DNA of 59,607 nt from Octopus sinensis (Eukaryota). Positions within the stretch are counted from its first letter, which is position 1, and every line of letters begins with the position of its first letter. Shown in pieces: positions 1-12,703 of this stretch. Under the pieces are notes generated by a model. That model made no database searches, was not told the origin of the DNA, and saw nothing but the letters and a program-made list of their open reading frames with translations. Made by a program: the position numbers and the translations under genes. The stretch spans positions 1 to 59,607 of the forward strand of contig NW_021835117.1 of NCBI RefSeq assembly GCF_006345805.1, written 5' to 3'.

Positions 1-78
1 ACCAACAGAGCGGCAGGAGAGCGAGTGAGATAGACGAGTGAGGTAGGGGGGAGGAGATATTAGAAGACCAGGAATAGA

Positions 79-318
79 TATATATATATATATATATATA
101 GCATAATTATATATACATACATATATATATATAATATATATAATATATATAATATATATAATATATATATATATAATATATGTATTTATATATATATATA
201 TTATATATGTATACATATGTATATATATATATGTATACATATATGTATGTGTGCGTGTATGTACATATATTTATATTAGATATTATATATATTTGTGTGT
301 ATGTGTTTGTGTATATAT

Positions 319-384
<66 letters not shown>

Positions 385-856
385 ATATCAATTTATGAGT
401 GTATATACACACAAACGAACACACGAACACATAGATATGCATATACATTTGATAGTTATAAATGGAAAGGAAAAAGAAGAGAGAGAGTGAGAGAGAGATG
501 TGGATGGAGAGGTGTGGAGGTGTGTGTCAAAAAGAAGAGTAATCGTTAATGTGTGGGTGAGAATAATGCGTGAGATTCTATCGGATTCTAAATTTGTTAG
601 TATTTCCCACCCACACACAACAAGTCTGTTGTGTTTGGGTTTTTTTAAATATTTTTTTCTTCTCTATTTTCTAAATTGATAAAAGAAGATAAATAGGCTG
701 TGTTCAATGTAAATATCACGAAGTACACTTATATACACGCGTATAGCCACCCACACACGCCCACCACACACACACACACACACGTACACACAATTATAGA
801 CGTATATGCGTGCTTATGCATATACATATATATACATGCATGCATACATACATATA

Positions 857-902
<46 letters not shown>

Positions 903-951
903 TAATATATATATATATATATATGTTATATATATTATATATATATATATA

Positions 952-987
<36 letters not shown>

Positions 988-1340
988 TACAAATACCTCT
1001 TTCTTTTATATGCACTATATTCACGCATACAGTCGCATGCGTACTCAGCTTAATGCATGTATATTTGTGGATATATGTATATTTGTGTATTTATGTATAT
1101 ATATATATATATATTTATATACATATATATATATACATACATATGTATATATACACATATATGTATATATATGTGTGTGTATTATGTGTGTATATATTAT
1201 ATATATAATATATGCACGTATTCATATGTGTATATATGCATATATATATACACACATTCAAGTATATAAATATATACATACAGACGTACATACATGCTTA
1301 CTGTGTGTAGGCGTGTGTAGTTATGTGTGTCCGTGATATT
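79..1340. repeat. Compound (TA)n/(TC)n/(CA)n microsatellite blocks
   Basis: Direct reading. The Y/I/H/T-rich ORFs here are repeat translations. Confidence 0.95.
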
Positions 1341-1711
1341 TATGAGTGCGTGTGCGCGTGTTTAAATAGAGGTGTTTTCAATGACGATGTTAGAACGTAT
1401 ACATGTAGATAAAATTTTTAATTTTTCCTTTCAAGGTTGTATTGTTCTTGTTAAAGCGAATGACGTCTGAGTAATAATGTGGGCGGAAAGAGTTACGTTT
1501 GGAAATTACAACGACGCTGTAAATGGTCTTCGTGCGTAAAGAAGCTCTCAGATTGACGTAAACTATCCCGGTTTGCTTACCTCACGGTCTGGAGTCGTCA
1601 CACAATTAAAAACGAGACCCCCATTTAAGTTTGTAATCTTTCCTTCGTGTTTCATCGCATCTTTCTTTGTTTGACCGTGTGTATATATGAATGTACATGT
1701 GTAGATGTATG

Positions 1712-1912
1712 CTCTTTACTTGTTTCAGTCATTTGACTGCGGCCATGCTGGAGCACCGCCTTTAGTCGAGCAAATCGACCCCGGGACTTATTCTTTTGTA
1801 AGCCCAGTACTTATTCTATCGGTCTCTTTTGCCGAACCGCTATGTAACGGGGACATAAACACACCAGCATCGGTTGTCAAGCAATGCTAGGGGGACAAAC
1901 ACAAACACACAA

Positions 1913-1943
<31 letters not shown>

Positions 1944-2107
1944 CATATATACGACAGGCTTCTTTCAGTTTCCGTCTACCAAATCCACTCACAAGGCATT
2001 GGTCGGGCCGGGGCTATAGCAGAAGACACTTGCCCAAGATGCCACGCAGTGGGACAGAACCCGGAACCATGTGGTTGGTTAGCAAGCTACTTACCACACA
2101 GCCACTC
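1712..2107 (-). mobile_element. SINE family A (tRNA-like head, CORE-like segment, internal microsatellite, LINE-derived 3' tail), near full length
   Basis: Reverse complement aligns end to end with 6837-7284 and 29650-30062. A box tggctgtgtggt; B-box-like ggttc(a/t)gtccc; CORE-like ttgggcaagtgtctt; tail ggcggtgctccagcatggccgcagtcaaatgactgaaac. Confidence 0.92.
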
Positions 2108-2477
2108 ATGTACGAATGTTTCTGTGTGTGTATATAACACTTGCGTATGTGTATGTATATTGCTGTTATGAGTATGTGTCCATTCGCACAGCGTTTTGTA
2201 TATTGATTTTCTATGTCTTTTGTTAATTTTCATTCATCTTGTTCTCCTATTTTTTAGGGTGGGGGTGGGAAGAAGAAAAAGAAGAAAGCAGCATCGTGCG
2301 TTATGAACTGTTTATTTAATCTTTTTCCTATTGAATATCGTTGTGCACTTCCAATAGCTTCAGTGTATGTATGTATGAATGTATGTATGTATGTATATGT
2401 ATGTATGTATATATGTACACACACGCACGCACACACACACACACATACATACACACACACACACATATATATATATA

Positions 2478-2735
2478 TATGTTTGAAATTTACAGAAAAA
2501 CAAAAGACGAAGATGTATTAGTTTTACGCTAGGGAAGCTGAGAAAAAAATTTACGTTTCGAGCCTACGCTCTTCAACAGGGGAAATAAACAACGAGAGAA
2601 TAATAAAAAAAAGAGCTAGCGGTCAATCGTTGCAGTTAGCTGGTCTAATGTACTTAAACAAGAGAGCTAGGAAGAAGGGGAGATAATAAAGTATTGGCGG
2701 CCCCAAAACGAGGGTACGCGTGCTTGTGTATGTGA
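2478..2735 (-). mobile_element. PLE-pLTR-like hammerhead module, family 1
   Basis: rc reads ctgttga-a-gagc-gtag-gctc-gaaa-cgta (2552-2580). Homologous over about 250 bp to 34625-34873; 3' end abuts (TA)n. Confidence 0.75.
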
Positions 2736-2761
2736 GAGCATGTAAATGTGTGTGTATCTGT

Positions 2762-2935
2762 GTTTGTTTCCCCACCATCGCTTGACAACCGATGCTGACA
2801 ATCGATGCAGAAGAAATTGATAGACTAATTAGTAGGCTTACAAATTATAAGTTCTGGGGTTGATTTATTCGACTAAAGGCGGTGCTCCAGCATGACCGGA
2901 GTCAAATGACTGCAACAAGTAAATGAATGAAATAA
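2762..2935 (+). mobile_element. SINE-A 3' half
   Basis: gcttgacaaccgatgctg ... aaggcggtgctccagcatgaccggagtcaaatgactg. Confidence 0.85.
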
Positions 2936-3124
2936 TGTAATTACAAATCATCTCTAACGGCTACTAATGGAAAACATATTTATTTCATGCATGGACTTGG
3001 TGACCATCATGGCTGAAAATCACAGACGCGGTTTTCTTTTGGTAGGGGAGATAATCATTTCTGGGTGAAGTGAAAATGGGACAGGAAATCTGAATTTTAT
3101 GCCAAAAACACAAAGTGCGTCTAA

Positions 3125-3521
3125 TCTTTATATATAAAAGTCAAGTTGTGTGTCTGTCTCCTACGATTTAGATTCCTAACTACTCCCACATTCTGCGGTG
3201 CAGTTTAACCAAAACCGGGTATCTTTTAGTCACGATTCATATCGAGCCCTTCTTGGTATTAGCGCGCGTCTACGATGAGTCAACGATTAAAAAAAAATTT
3301 TACCAACATTTTTTCCATTTTAATGCATTTTTTCGCTATTATATAAGGGAAGTAACTCTCTAAAAATGTCTACGATGAGTCAACGATTTAAAAAAAAAAT
3401 TACCATGATTTTTTTTCCATTTTTAATGCAATTTTTTGCTATTTTTTGGCTATAACTCTCTAAAAATGCTTATATAGGTATTTCCCTTACAAACCCGAGC
3501 AACGCCGGGCGATACTGCTAG
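3125..3521 (+). mobile_element. Non-autonomous Helitron with internal ~100-bp tandem duplication
   Basis: A|TC 5' end (3125); GC-rich hairpin cccgagcaacgccggg (3494-3509); CTAG|T 3' end (3518-3521); no TSD; duplicated gtctacgatgagtcaacgatt unit at 3268 and 3368. Confidence 0.85.
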
Positions 3522-4134
3522 TATTTAATATTTCTTGACTTTGTTCTTAGACATCGGTTATCGATGTATGCCCTTCAATATAATATGGAGAAGCATTTAC
3601 TATAAGAAAGCATTGTAACTGTAAACTTCATTATAGGAACCGGAACTAGATAGAAAAGCGATAGATGAAAATACATCGTGTCTCCTGAATTTCTTTGTTG
3701 GGTGGTGAATATCAGCGAATGGAGATTTAGGAATAGGAACATTTGTAATACTTATTAAAACATTCATATTACTCACTTAAAATAAATTGTTATATTTAGC
3801 GGGATTAAATTTTATGCTATATTAAACCCGCAGATGATAATCCTATGACATATAAAGATATCCTTATGATGTACGTTTACCTACAGTAAATAAGCTGAAA
3901 TACGTGTCTGTTATTCTCTATATTTTCAATTTCGGAATTCAAGGTAAATACTACATTTATGCGATTTTAGTGTTTTACTGGTTCCGAAAGTGGTCGACAA
4001 TTCACTAAGATGGAAGTTGCGGAAAACGAGAATACAAGGTTTATCAAAAACGACAACTATAATATATAATTAATTCATGTAAAGACAATGAGAGGTACAG
4101 TGAAGGCGACTTGCTAAGATAATCTGCGAAGTGG

Positions 4135-4230
4135 GACGTGTACAGAACGTAATGGTGAAATATAAAATTGGTTCGAATATTTGACGTGTACAGAACGTAA
4201 TGGTGAAATATAAAATTGGTTCGAATATTT
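4135..4230. repeat. Perfect 48-bp tandem duplication
   Basis: gacgtgtacagaacgtaatggtgaaatataaaattggttcgaatattt x2. Confidence 0.95.
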
Positions 4231-4397
4231 GAGAGATTATCTACAATGATATGTTGCACGTTAAAGTACAATACTTTCCAAGGATCCGTTTTAAATATTG
4301 ATACACGCGCACACTTTTTGTGAATATATCATCATGATTATCAACGTCGTCGTCGTTTAACGTTCGCCTTCTATGCTGGCATAAGTATTTATCGTTA

Positions 4398-4530
4398 ATC
4401 CTTTTCATGTTTCGGTCATTAGACTGCGGCCATGCTGAGGCACCACCTTGAAGAATGTCTAGTCAAAGGAATTGGCAGACTAATTATCGATTTTGAAGCT
4501 TAGTGATTGTTCTATCGGTCTCTTTGCCTA
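4398..4530 (-). mobile_element. SINE-A 3' fragment, degraded
   Basis: tcggtcattagactgcggccatgctgaggcaccacc = rc of the family tail. Confidence 0.8.
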
Positions 4531-4538
4531 GCTGCAAG

Positions 4539-4574
<36 letters not shown>

Positions 4575-4632
4575 GAGAGAGAGAGAGAGAGGGAGCGAGA
4601 GATAGATAGATAGCTATAGATATTTATATACA

Positions 4633-4667
<35 letters not shown>

Positions 4668-5500
4668 GTGTGTGTGTGTATGTGTCTGTAGATATGTATA
4701 TATACATATATGTGGGTGCCTGTGTGTGCGTGTCTGTGTGCCTCTGTGTGTGTGTGCGTGTGTACAATAAGTTTATGAGATGTAAATTCCTTCAGGAGTC
4801 ACCCAAAGCTATAAAAATCTTGAGCCAATGCATTTTTTGGTACTGCTTTAGTAAGGTGAATCGCTCTTTTAGTTATTTCAGCAAAATCAAGGTTACGTAT
4901 ACTCTACGATTATTTGTGGAACTAAACATTGTTATGAATATACACAGAGAAACAAAGATGGAGGGAGAGAAAGAGAGAGATATGGGAGAGAGAGAGAGAG
5001 GGAGAGAATGAATGAATGAGTGATTGCATGTGTGAGAAGAAGAGAGAGGATAAGCGAAGTGTAAAGAGAGGATAAGCGAAGTGTAAAGAGAGAAGAAAGA
5101 AACGCGGTTAGACATAACATACGACACAAAATGTCACGTGAGCAAATTTTAAAAGCAGACGACACATCACTTGACTGACAGGCAGGAGAAGAAAAGTAAT
5201 TTTATTCTTGTTTTGTGCAAAATTATGTTTTTATGCTGTGTCATAGTTGTAATTTCATTACTTATGTCAGTTCGAATAAAGTTACACATTAAACAAATGT
5301 AATATCGAGAAAGAAATATAAAACGAATGTCGTCCAAAGTTGACAGCTGCACTTACTGAGCACATAAATATAGTGTATGTGTGTATGTGTGTATATATAT
5401 ACATATATATATAGAGATTTCAGTTACATATATATGCACATACGAAGGCACATATAAATATGTGTGTATATGTACATATATGTATATGCGTATATGCGTG

Positions 5501-5539
<39 letters not shown>

Positions 5540-5674
5540 ATTCACATACATAACACACAAACATATACGCATTTATATTTACAATATTGTACATATATAT
5601 ATTCCATGCATGTACATATGGTACTGTTATTGACTGCATGCGTGTCTCTATAAACACGCACATATAACTATATA

Positions 5675-5715
<41 letters not shown>

Positions 5716-6836
5716 GTGTGTGTGTGTGCGTGTGTGCGTGTGTGTGTGTTTAATATATGTATGTATATATAGGTATTATGTAATGTATGTATATCTTATG
5801 CACGTGTGTGTGTGTGTGTGTAAGTATGTATGTATGTATGTATGTATGTATGAACATATGTATGAATGAATGTATGTATGTATGTATGTATGTATGTATG
5901 TATGTATTTATGTATGTATGTATGTAGGTATGAATGTATGTATGTATACATGTATGTATGAATGTATGAATGTATGTATGTATGTATGTATGTATGTATA
6001 ACATGTCAACTTTCGCTCTCGATGCGATTAACTTTGACTAAACTGTGCTGGTCAGCAATTAAATTAAATGTTTTTAAAGATTTCGACACATCTAACATTT
6101 TGCTTTGATAGTTTCCATTATAGATCTACATTTTTTTTCCTAAATTGTGCTTCTAATAGATGTCACTCATTCTCATAGCTATTTTTCCCGTTTACGTTGC
6201 TGCTGCTGCTGCTGCTGTCGCTGTTGCTGCTGGTATTGTTGTTGCTTTGGCAGTGCATGTCCCTATCTGTGTTGCTTTATCACAATATGAGGACAGATCC
6301 TGGTGTTGTAAGGTCATAGACACTTCTGTTAGCCTAGATATTCCACTTGCATATCAATAGTTACATGTTTTACTATGACATCTTTCATTAAAAACGGTAC
6401 AGGGAACTTACAATAGACTTAATTTGAAATGAATGTCTAATTAGTTGCCCGCTAATTTGGTAAAACTAGAACTTTCTGTGTATGTTATCAGCCTCATTAA
6501 ACTACCCCAACTCTGTTTCTCATCATAATTTTCTGTAACTTTTACGGTAGAACTTAGATGGATGTTAAAAGTATAAATTCTTTCATAATTAAGGACATCT
6601 TCGGAATTTATCATAGAATTACTTTCATGTATGTGTGTGAGTGTGTGTTTATTTAAGGGGAGAGGAGCCGCTTTAACGACAAATGGACAAATAAGACATA
6701 TCGACTGATAACAAGACAAGTCTTCACATACCATCAACCAATGCTCGTGCCAACTTGATGTCGTAGATCCCAAGAATTTTAGGTCAAATGTTGCACCTGA
6801 TTAAAAGACGATTCCCTCCATTTGTTGCTGATTAAC

Positions 6837-7005
6837 CGCAGGAGTAGCTGTGTGGTAAGTAGCTTGTTTACCAGCCACATGGTTTCGGGTTCAGTCCCAC
6901 TGCGTGGAACTTTGGGCAAGTGTCTTCTACTATAACCTCGGGGCGACCAAAGCCTTGTGAGTGGATTTGGTAGACGGAAACTGAAAAAAGCCTGTCGTAT
7001 ATATG

Positions 7006-7037
<32 letters not shown>

Positions 7038-7284
7038 ATATATATTATATGCGTGTGCGTGTGTTTGTGTGTCTGTGTTTGTCCCCTTAGCATTGCTTGA
7101 CAACCGATGCTGGTGTGTTTATGTCCCCGTTACTTAGCGGTTTGGCAAAAGAGACCGATAGAATAAGTACTGGGCTTACAAAAGAATAAGTCCCGGGGTC
7201 GAGTTGCTCGATTAAAGGCGGTGCTCCAGCATGGCCGCAGTCAAATGACTGAAACAAGTAAAAGAGTAAAAGAGTAAAGAGAGT
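6837..7284 (+). mobile_element. SINE-A, full length
   Basis: Complete head/body/tail ending in (gtaaaaga)n repeats; best-preserved plus-strand copy. Confidence 0.93.
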
Positions 7285-7449
7285 ATTTTTACACCAATAT
7301 ATATGGTATCTACACTACGTTGCGTGTATCCAGTCGACATCAGCCACCCTTCTAAGAGTATCCAGTTTACTATTCATTAAGCATCACTCTGACGCAATCA
7401 GTCTACATACTGTTACCTTTATTTTATCTTTTATTTTTATATATTTATT

Positions 7450-7957
7450 ATATTTGTTTCATTCGGGAGACTCTAGTTATGCTGGGGGATGAGGTTGAGG
7501 AACTTTTACTCGAATGAATGGAACCCAATATGTATTTTTGTAAAACCTGGTACTTATTCTATCAATTACTTTCGCCGAATCCTTAATTTACGAGGCCGTA
7601 AGCGCACCAGTACCGGTTTTTAAACATTGATGCGGAATACACTCGCACACTCAGATATTTATGTTAGTTTGTTAGTTAGTTAATTTTTTGGCTCAAAAAG
7701 CAAAAAGCAATGCCATGTAGGGGGACATGGAGTTATGTACAGGGTGGTGTTCATGTAAAGAGTTCAGGCCACTTGTAGTCAAGCGAGACTCTGAACCGAG
7801 CGGTCGTCTGTTCAAAGTCTCCCTTGACCACAAGTGGACTTATATATATGTGTACATATATACGACAGGTTTCATTCAGTTTCCTCCTACCAAATCAACT
7901 TAGAGGGTTTTGGCCGGAACGAGGCTATAATAGAAGACATTTGCCTAAGGTGCAAAC
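7450..7957 (-). mobile_element. Old SINE-A interrupted in its middle by another insertion
   Basis: 3' half at about 7450-7630 and 5' half at about 7860-7957 are both homologous to SINE-A. Confidence 0.7.
7665..7840 (-). mobile_element. Probable LINE 3'-end fragment with (CTAA)n-like tail and fold-back
   Basis: gttagtttgttagttagtt tail; 28-bp inverted repeat at 7769-7837; nested in SINE-A. Confidence 0.45.
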
Positions 7958-8689
7958 GTATTTGCACAAGGACATGCACGCAGTTACATATGGGATAAAT
8001 TCTAAGTTCCGAGTTCAAATCTTGTGTGAAACTATTTACGTACCTGAGATCGAATCAGATACTTTAGCATGACTGCTTATTAGACATACTGAAATGAGTG
8101 GTGGTAGAAATAAAATAAAATAGAAAAAAAACAAGCACTGTAAACATTCATCGAGAAGAATAAATTGGTCTTCAAAATTGATTAACTTAACATCACGCAA
8201 ACATTTATTCTTCTCGACATATTTCTCTATGAATAAAGCTGGATATTCTTGATGAAAAAAAAAAATCCCATTAATGTACGGCTCGTAAACAAACTAACAA
8301 GAGAATTTCTGCGAGGTCGTTTTAAAAAAACCAAGGAGACATCAGAAAAAGGGGTCCCCCACTAATTGTGTCTGAAACAAATACTGCAAGGTGTTTCGTC
8401 TGTTTGCCGGATCAGGTTCGCTCACATCCAAACACTAACAACAATTACAAAACACTGACAGGGTTCAGTCGTGACTTCCGATCTATTTGAAAGATCCGAC
8501 AGATTTTCTCACATGACCCCTAGAATTATTATTACACTAATGGAAGACGGAAGTTCAACATATGACTTCCTTTCGTTATCTACATTCCAATAATGAGGCT
8601 TCACATTTCAGTGACAAATAAGTTCCTTCCTTACAGGATTAAAAAAAACAACCCTTCAAGTAATTAACAGCAGAAGGGAACATACACGT

Positions 8690-8880
8690 ATATCGTTAGC
8701 CACTACTCACATGTTTTTCTCTCCTTGTTTCTCTCCTTGTTTTTGTTTTTTCTGTGTCCCTTTCTGTAGAAGAGCGTAGGCTCGAAAGGTAAAAGACTTT
8801 TTCTATTCCCGGGCGTTATACTAATACATCTTTTTGTTTTGTACACCCCTGTCTTCGTCCTTTGTTTTTTCGTAAACTCC

Positions 8881-8948
<68 letters not shown>

Positions 8949-9130
8949 GACGGGAAGCTTTATGAAAATAAACAAAAGACGAAGGTAGGTGGTGTACAAA
9001 ACAAACAATTGTATTAGTATGGCGCCCAGGAATATAAATAAAACCAGTCTTATACGTTTTGAGCCTACGCTCTTCAACAGAAAGATACACAGAAAAGAAA
9101 CACGGAGAGAAACAAGGAGAGAGCAGAAGC
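8690..9130. mobile_element. Two family-1 hammerhead modules in inverted (tail-to-tail) orientation around a (TA)n tract
   Basis: Left arm 8711-8881 is about rc of right arm 8950-9122. Motifs at 8758-8796 (+) and 9048-9086 (-); (TA)n at 8884-8944. Confidence 0.8.
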
Positions 9131-9445
9131 TAGCGATTCAACATTATATATATATCTAATTCGCAAATTACAAGAGCAATTTGTGAGTGGAACCGTAAAA
9201 CTATGCAAGCCTTTTCTGAAGTACCAAATGTGAATGTGGCTGTGATACCTACATCCCAAAGACGGAGCATTGTCTCTTTGTTGGAAACCGGCTCCCTCCT
9301 CAGTGGAAGAAGTATAATAATTAAAAAGATAGAAGAGACGTACATATATACAGGTGTACATACCCACATGCAATCACACAGGTACATCCACGTGACAGGC
9401 ATACGCGCACGCACACACATGCGCACACACACATATATTTTCTAG

Positions 9446-9536
9446 GATTCATGGCATTGAATTGTCTCAAGATTCTGAATCAGGAAATATGGAAGAACGA
9501 CGAAACATTCGCAGATATTGCGAATGAAAACATAAG
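9446..9536 (+). CDS. Candidate internal coding exon of an unidentified gene (xFMALNCLKILNQEIWKNDETFADIANENIx)
   Basis: Acceptor atattttctag|G, donor AAG|gtaaga, one open frame, phase 1 to 2. No family recognised. Confidence 0.35.
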
Positions 9537-9884
9537 GTAAGAAATCATGTAAGAAGATAACTGAATTAAATAAATAGAATGAAAGTGGGAAGAAGAGAGA
9601 AAAAGAGAAGGAACATATGGTTGGGATTGGTGAATAGTGAAACGAAACCAAAGAAGTAAATGTAAGAAAGAAAGAATAAATAAGCGAACGTATGAAAGAA
9701 AGAATGAAAGAAAGAATGAAAGAAAGAATGAATGAATAAAAGAAAGAAAGAAGGAAAGAAAGGAAGATGAATGGATGAATGAAATAAGAAAGGAAGGAAA
9801 GGTAGCCAATGTACGATTTGAAGAAGTGGATAGAAATAAAATAGAGTCAAACAGGCAACCTTCGGCTTTCTTATTATCCAAAAT

Positions 9885-10200
9885 CAGTGGTTAGAACGTC
9901 GGGCTTACAATCATCAGGTAGTGAGTTCGATTCCCAGACCGGGTTGTGTGTGGTGCCCTTGAGCAAGACACTTCATTTCATGTTGTTCCAGTTCATTCAG
10001 CTGTAGAAATGAGTTGCAATGTCACTGGTGCCAAGCTGTATCGACCCCTTTGGGTATCATCAGTGGTGTGAAGAGAGGAGGCCGGTATGTATGGGCGATT
10101 CCTGGTCTTCCATAAACAACCTTGCCCAGACTAGTGCCTCGGAGGGGAACATTCTATATGTAATCCCACGGTGATTAATGACCGAACGGGTTCTTTAACC
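9885..10200 (+). mobile_element. SINE family C (tRNA head, CORE-like segment)
   Basis: agtggttagaacgtc ... gagttcgattccc B box; ttgagcaagacacttcatt CORE-like; 3' part homologous to 46560-46765. Confidence 0.8.
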
Positions 10201-10237
10201 TTTACCGTACACTTTATCAATTAAAACTTTTCTTAAG

Positions 10238-10440
10238 GGCGGTGAATCAGCAGAAACGCTAACACTCCGGACAAAATATCTAGCGGAGTTTCGTCCGTCT
10301 TTATGTTCTGAGTTCAAATTCCTCCATGGTCGACTTTGACTACCATGCTTCGGAATCGATAGAATACCAGTTGAATACTGGGGTTGATGTAATCTACTTA
10401 CACCTACTCACAAAGTGTCAGGCCTCGTGCCTAGAGAGGA
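10238..10440 (+). mobile_element. SINE family B, degraded monomer
   Basis: Aligns to 28524-28755 (gttctgagttcaaattc, ggtcgactttg, ctggggt.gatgtaatc). Confidence 0.8.
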
Positions 10441-10539
10441 AATGATCCCTTGCAGTTTAATCAACTTCGAACCGCAGCCATTTTAAACAATTTCAAATAA
10501 ATGAACAGTGAATATAAAACGTATAAAAAAAATAAATTT

Positions 10540-11700
10540 TATATACAAAACATAAAGAAAAATGAGAGGAAGAGAAACAAGAGGGGAGAATGAAGAGGAA
10601 GAAAGAGCGAATGAAAGATTCTAGGGGAGGAGGATATGAGCAATTTAGGACTTGAGGTTCGGCAACTGGTTCTTTTTTTTATCGAACTCGAAAGGATGAA
10701 AGGCAAGGTCAGACCTGGACGGAATTTGAATTTAGAACGTGTTGACGGATGAAATGTTACTAAATATTTTGTCCGGCACGCTGACGATTCTGTCAGCTCA
10801 TGGTCTTTTTCATTGTGAAGTATTGAGAATAAGTGAGAAGGAGAAAGGAATAAAATTATGGTAAGGGAGAGAGAGAGGGAGAGAGACAGAGGGGAACAGA
10901 GAGAAAGAGAAAGAAAGAGAGAGCAGAGATAGAAAATGAGAGCGAGAGAATGAGAGAGAGTGAAAGAGAGAGGGGTGAGAAAGAGTAAGAGAAAGGGAGT
11001 GAGAAAGAAATAGAGAGGGAGGAGAAAGAGAGAGAGAGAAAAAGAGAGAGAAAAGGGAGAGGAGAGAGAGAAAGAGAGCGAGAGGAGAGAGAGAAAGAGA
11101 GAGGGAGAGAGAAAGAGACAGGGAGAGAGAAAGAGACAGGGAGAGAGAAAGAGACAGGGAGAGAAAAGAGAGGGGGGAGAGAAAGAGAGAGAGAGAGAGA
11201 TAAAGAGAGGAGGGAGAAAGAGAGAGGGGAGAGGGAGAAAGAAGGGGGAGAAAGAGAGAGGGGGAGAGATGAATAGAAGGAGGAATAGAAAGAAAGAAAA
11301 AGAGAGAAAGAGAAAGAGGGAGAAAGGGAGAAAATATAGAGGAAACGAGAGAGGGAGAGAGAGGGAGAGGGAGAGGGAGATAGAGAGAAGGAGAGAAAGA
11401 GAGATAGAGAGAAAGAGAGAGAGAAAGAGGGAGAAAGGGAGAAAGAGAAAGAGAGAGATAATGAAAGAAAGCGAGAGAGAGGGGGGAGAGGGAGGGAGGT
11501 GTGTGAGTGATAGCGTGTGATTTTTATGTGATTGCAGAAGAATAGAGAAAGAGTGGAGAAAAGTTTGCGTAAGGGACAAGGAAAGAGAGAGAGAGGGAGA
11601 GACAGAGAGAGAGAGAGAGTATATGTGGAAGAGAGAGTGAGTAGAGGGAGCGAGTAAATTAGTTGCAGACTAAGGGGGGAAGTGTGAGAGAGTGAATGGG
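10540..11700. repeat. ~1.1-kb polypurine (GA/GAA/GAGGGA) tract
   Basis: Direct reading. The 346-aa L/S/F ORF is an artefact of it. Confidence 0.95.
10630..10800 (-). mobile_element. SINE-B, degraded, embedded in the purine tract
   Basis: gaaaggatgaaaggcaaggtc ... ggaatttgaatttagaacg ... cacgctgacgattctgtcagctc. Confidence 0.8.
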
Positions 11701-11957
11701 AGGCAAAGTGAAAGTGGGTGGGTGAATGAGGTGACTGATAGAAAGTATATTGTTGAAAGAGATATAAAGAAGACGAAGAAGGAGGAGGAGAGCAGGGCGA
11801 AGGAGAAGGAAAGAGAAGAAGGGGCAGCAGAACGAAATGGAATGTCAGGAATGCAGTTGCTAAGGTTTAGGGAAACCTGGACTGCGTGGAGGCGGCGGGG
11901 AAGGAGGAGGAGGAGAAGGCAGGGGGAATTTTGCTTGGTGGCTCTTAGAGATAGTAG

Positions 11958-12008
<51 letters not shown>

Positions 12009-12080
12009 GCTGCTAATACTACTACTACTGCTGATGCTGCTGATGCTGCTGCTGCTGTTCCTGCTGCTGTTATTGCTACT
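11958..12080. repeat. (CTA)n/(CTG)n trinucleotide array
   Basis: Direct reading. Confidence 0.95.
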
Positions 12081-12359
12081 GCAACAGTCACTTGCAGGTG
12101 TCGCTAGGTGGTCACTTGACCTGCTAGAAATAGCATGTCCTTGTGTCTGAAGTAAAGAGACGGAAGGACGTATAAGAGAATAGAATGTGGAGATTATTTT
12201 ACGCTGAGTTAAAATTACTAAAGGATAGCCATGGATGGAATGACTTTGTTGGTTTGTTCAATGAGCGATGATCTTGAGGTGAACAACAACAGCAACGAAG
12301 TAATGGTATACAAAGTATTGTTATTTTCTTTTTTTTAAAGTTTTTTATTGTTTAATTTA

Positions 12360-12540
12360 TAAGACTGCGGCCATGCTAGGGCACCGCCTTGAAGGGTTTC
12401 GGTCGGACGAATTGGCCCCAGAATTCATTCTTTCATACGAAGCCTGGGGCTCGATCGGATATTGATTTTTGACGATCCCCTTCTTTACGGGGAAATAAAC
12501 AAACCAACATCAGATTTAAGCAGCGGGGGCGAGGGTAACC
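12360..12540 (-). mobile_element. SINE-A 3' half, degraded
   Basis: gactgcggccatgctagggcaccgccttg. Confidence 0.7.
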
Positions 12541-12617
12541 ACTTATCATATACAGTCATGCATATGTGCATAAATTCATTCTCACACTCACACACGTGCA
12601 TATATATATATATATAT

Positions 12618-12659
<42 letters not shown>

Positions 12660-12703
12660 TATGTATACACACACACACTCGCGCACTCGCATATACCCAA
12701 ACA

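Noticed and set aside
1434-2295. Possible upstream plus-strand exons (MWAERVTFGNYNDAVNGL; GGGGKKKKKKAAS / VGVGRRKRRKQH)
   Set aside because: The acceptors look good but donors and frames are ambiguous. The resemblance of GGGGKKKKKKAAS to myosin loop 2 is not backed by any other myosin exon.
10539-11579. 346-aa L/S/F ORF, longest in the window
   Set aside because: It is the reverse complement of a GA tract spanning a SINE-B; the repeat simply lacks stop codons.
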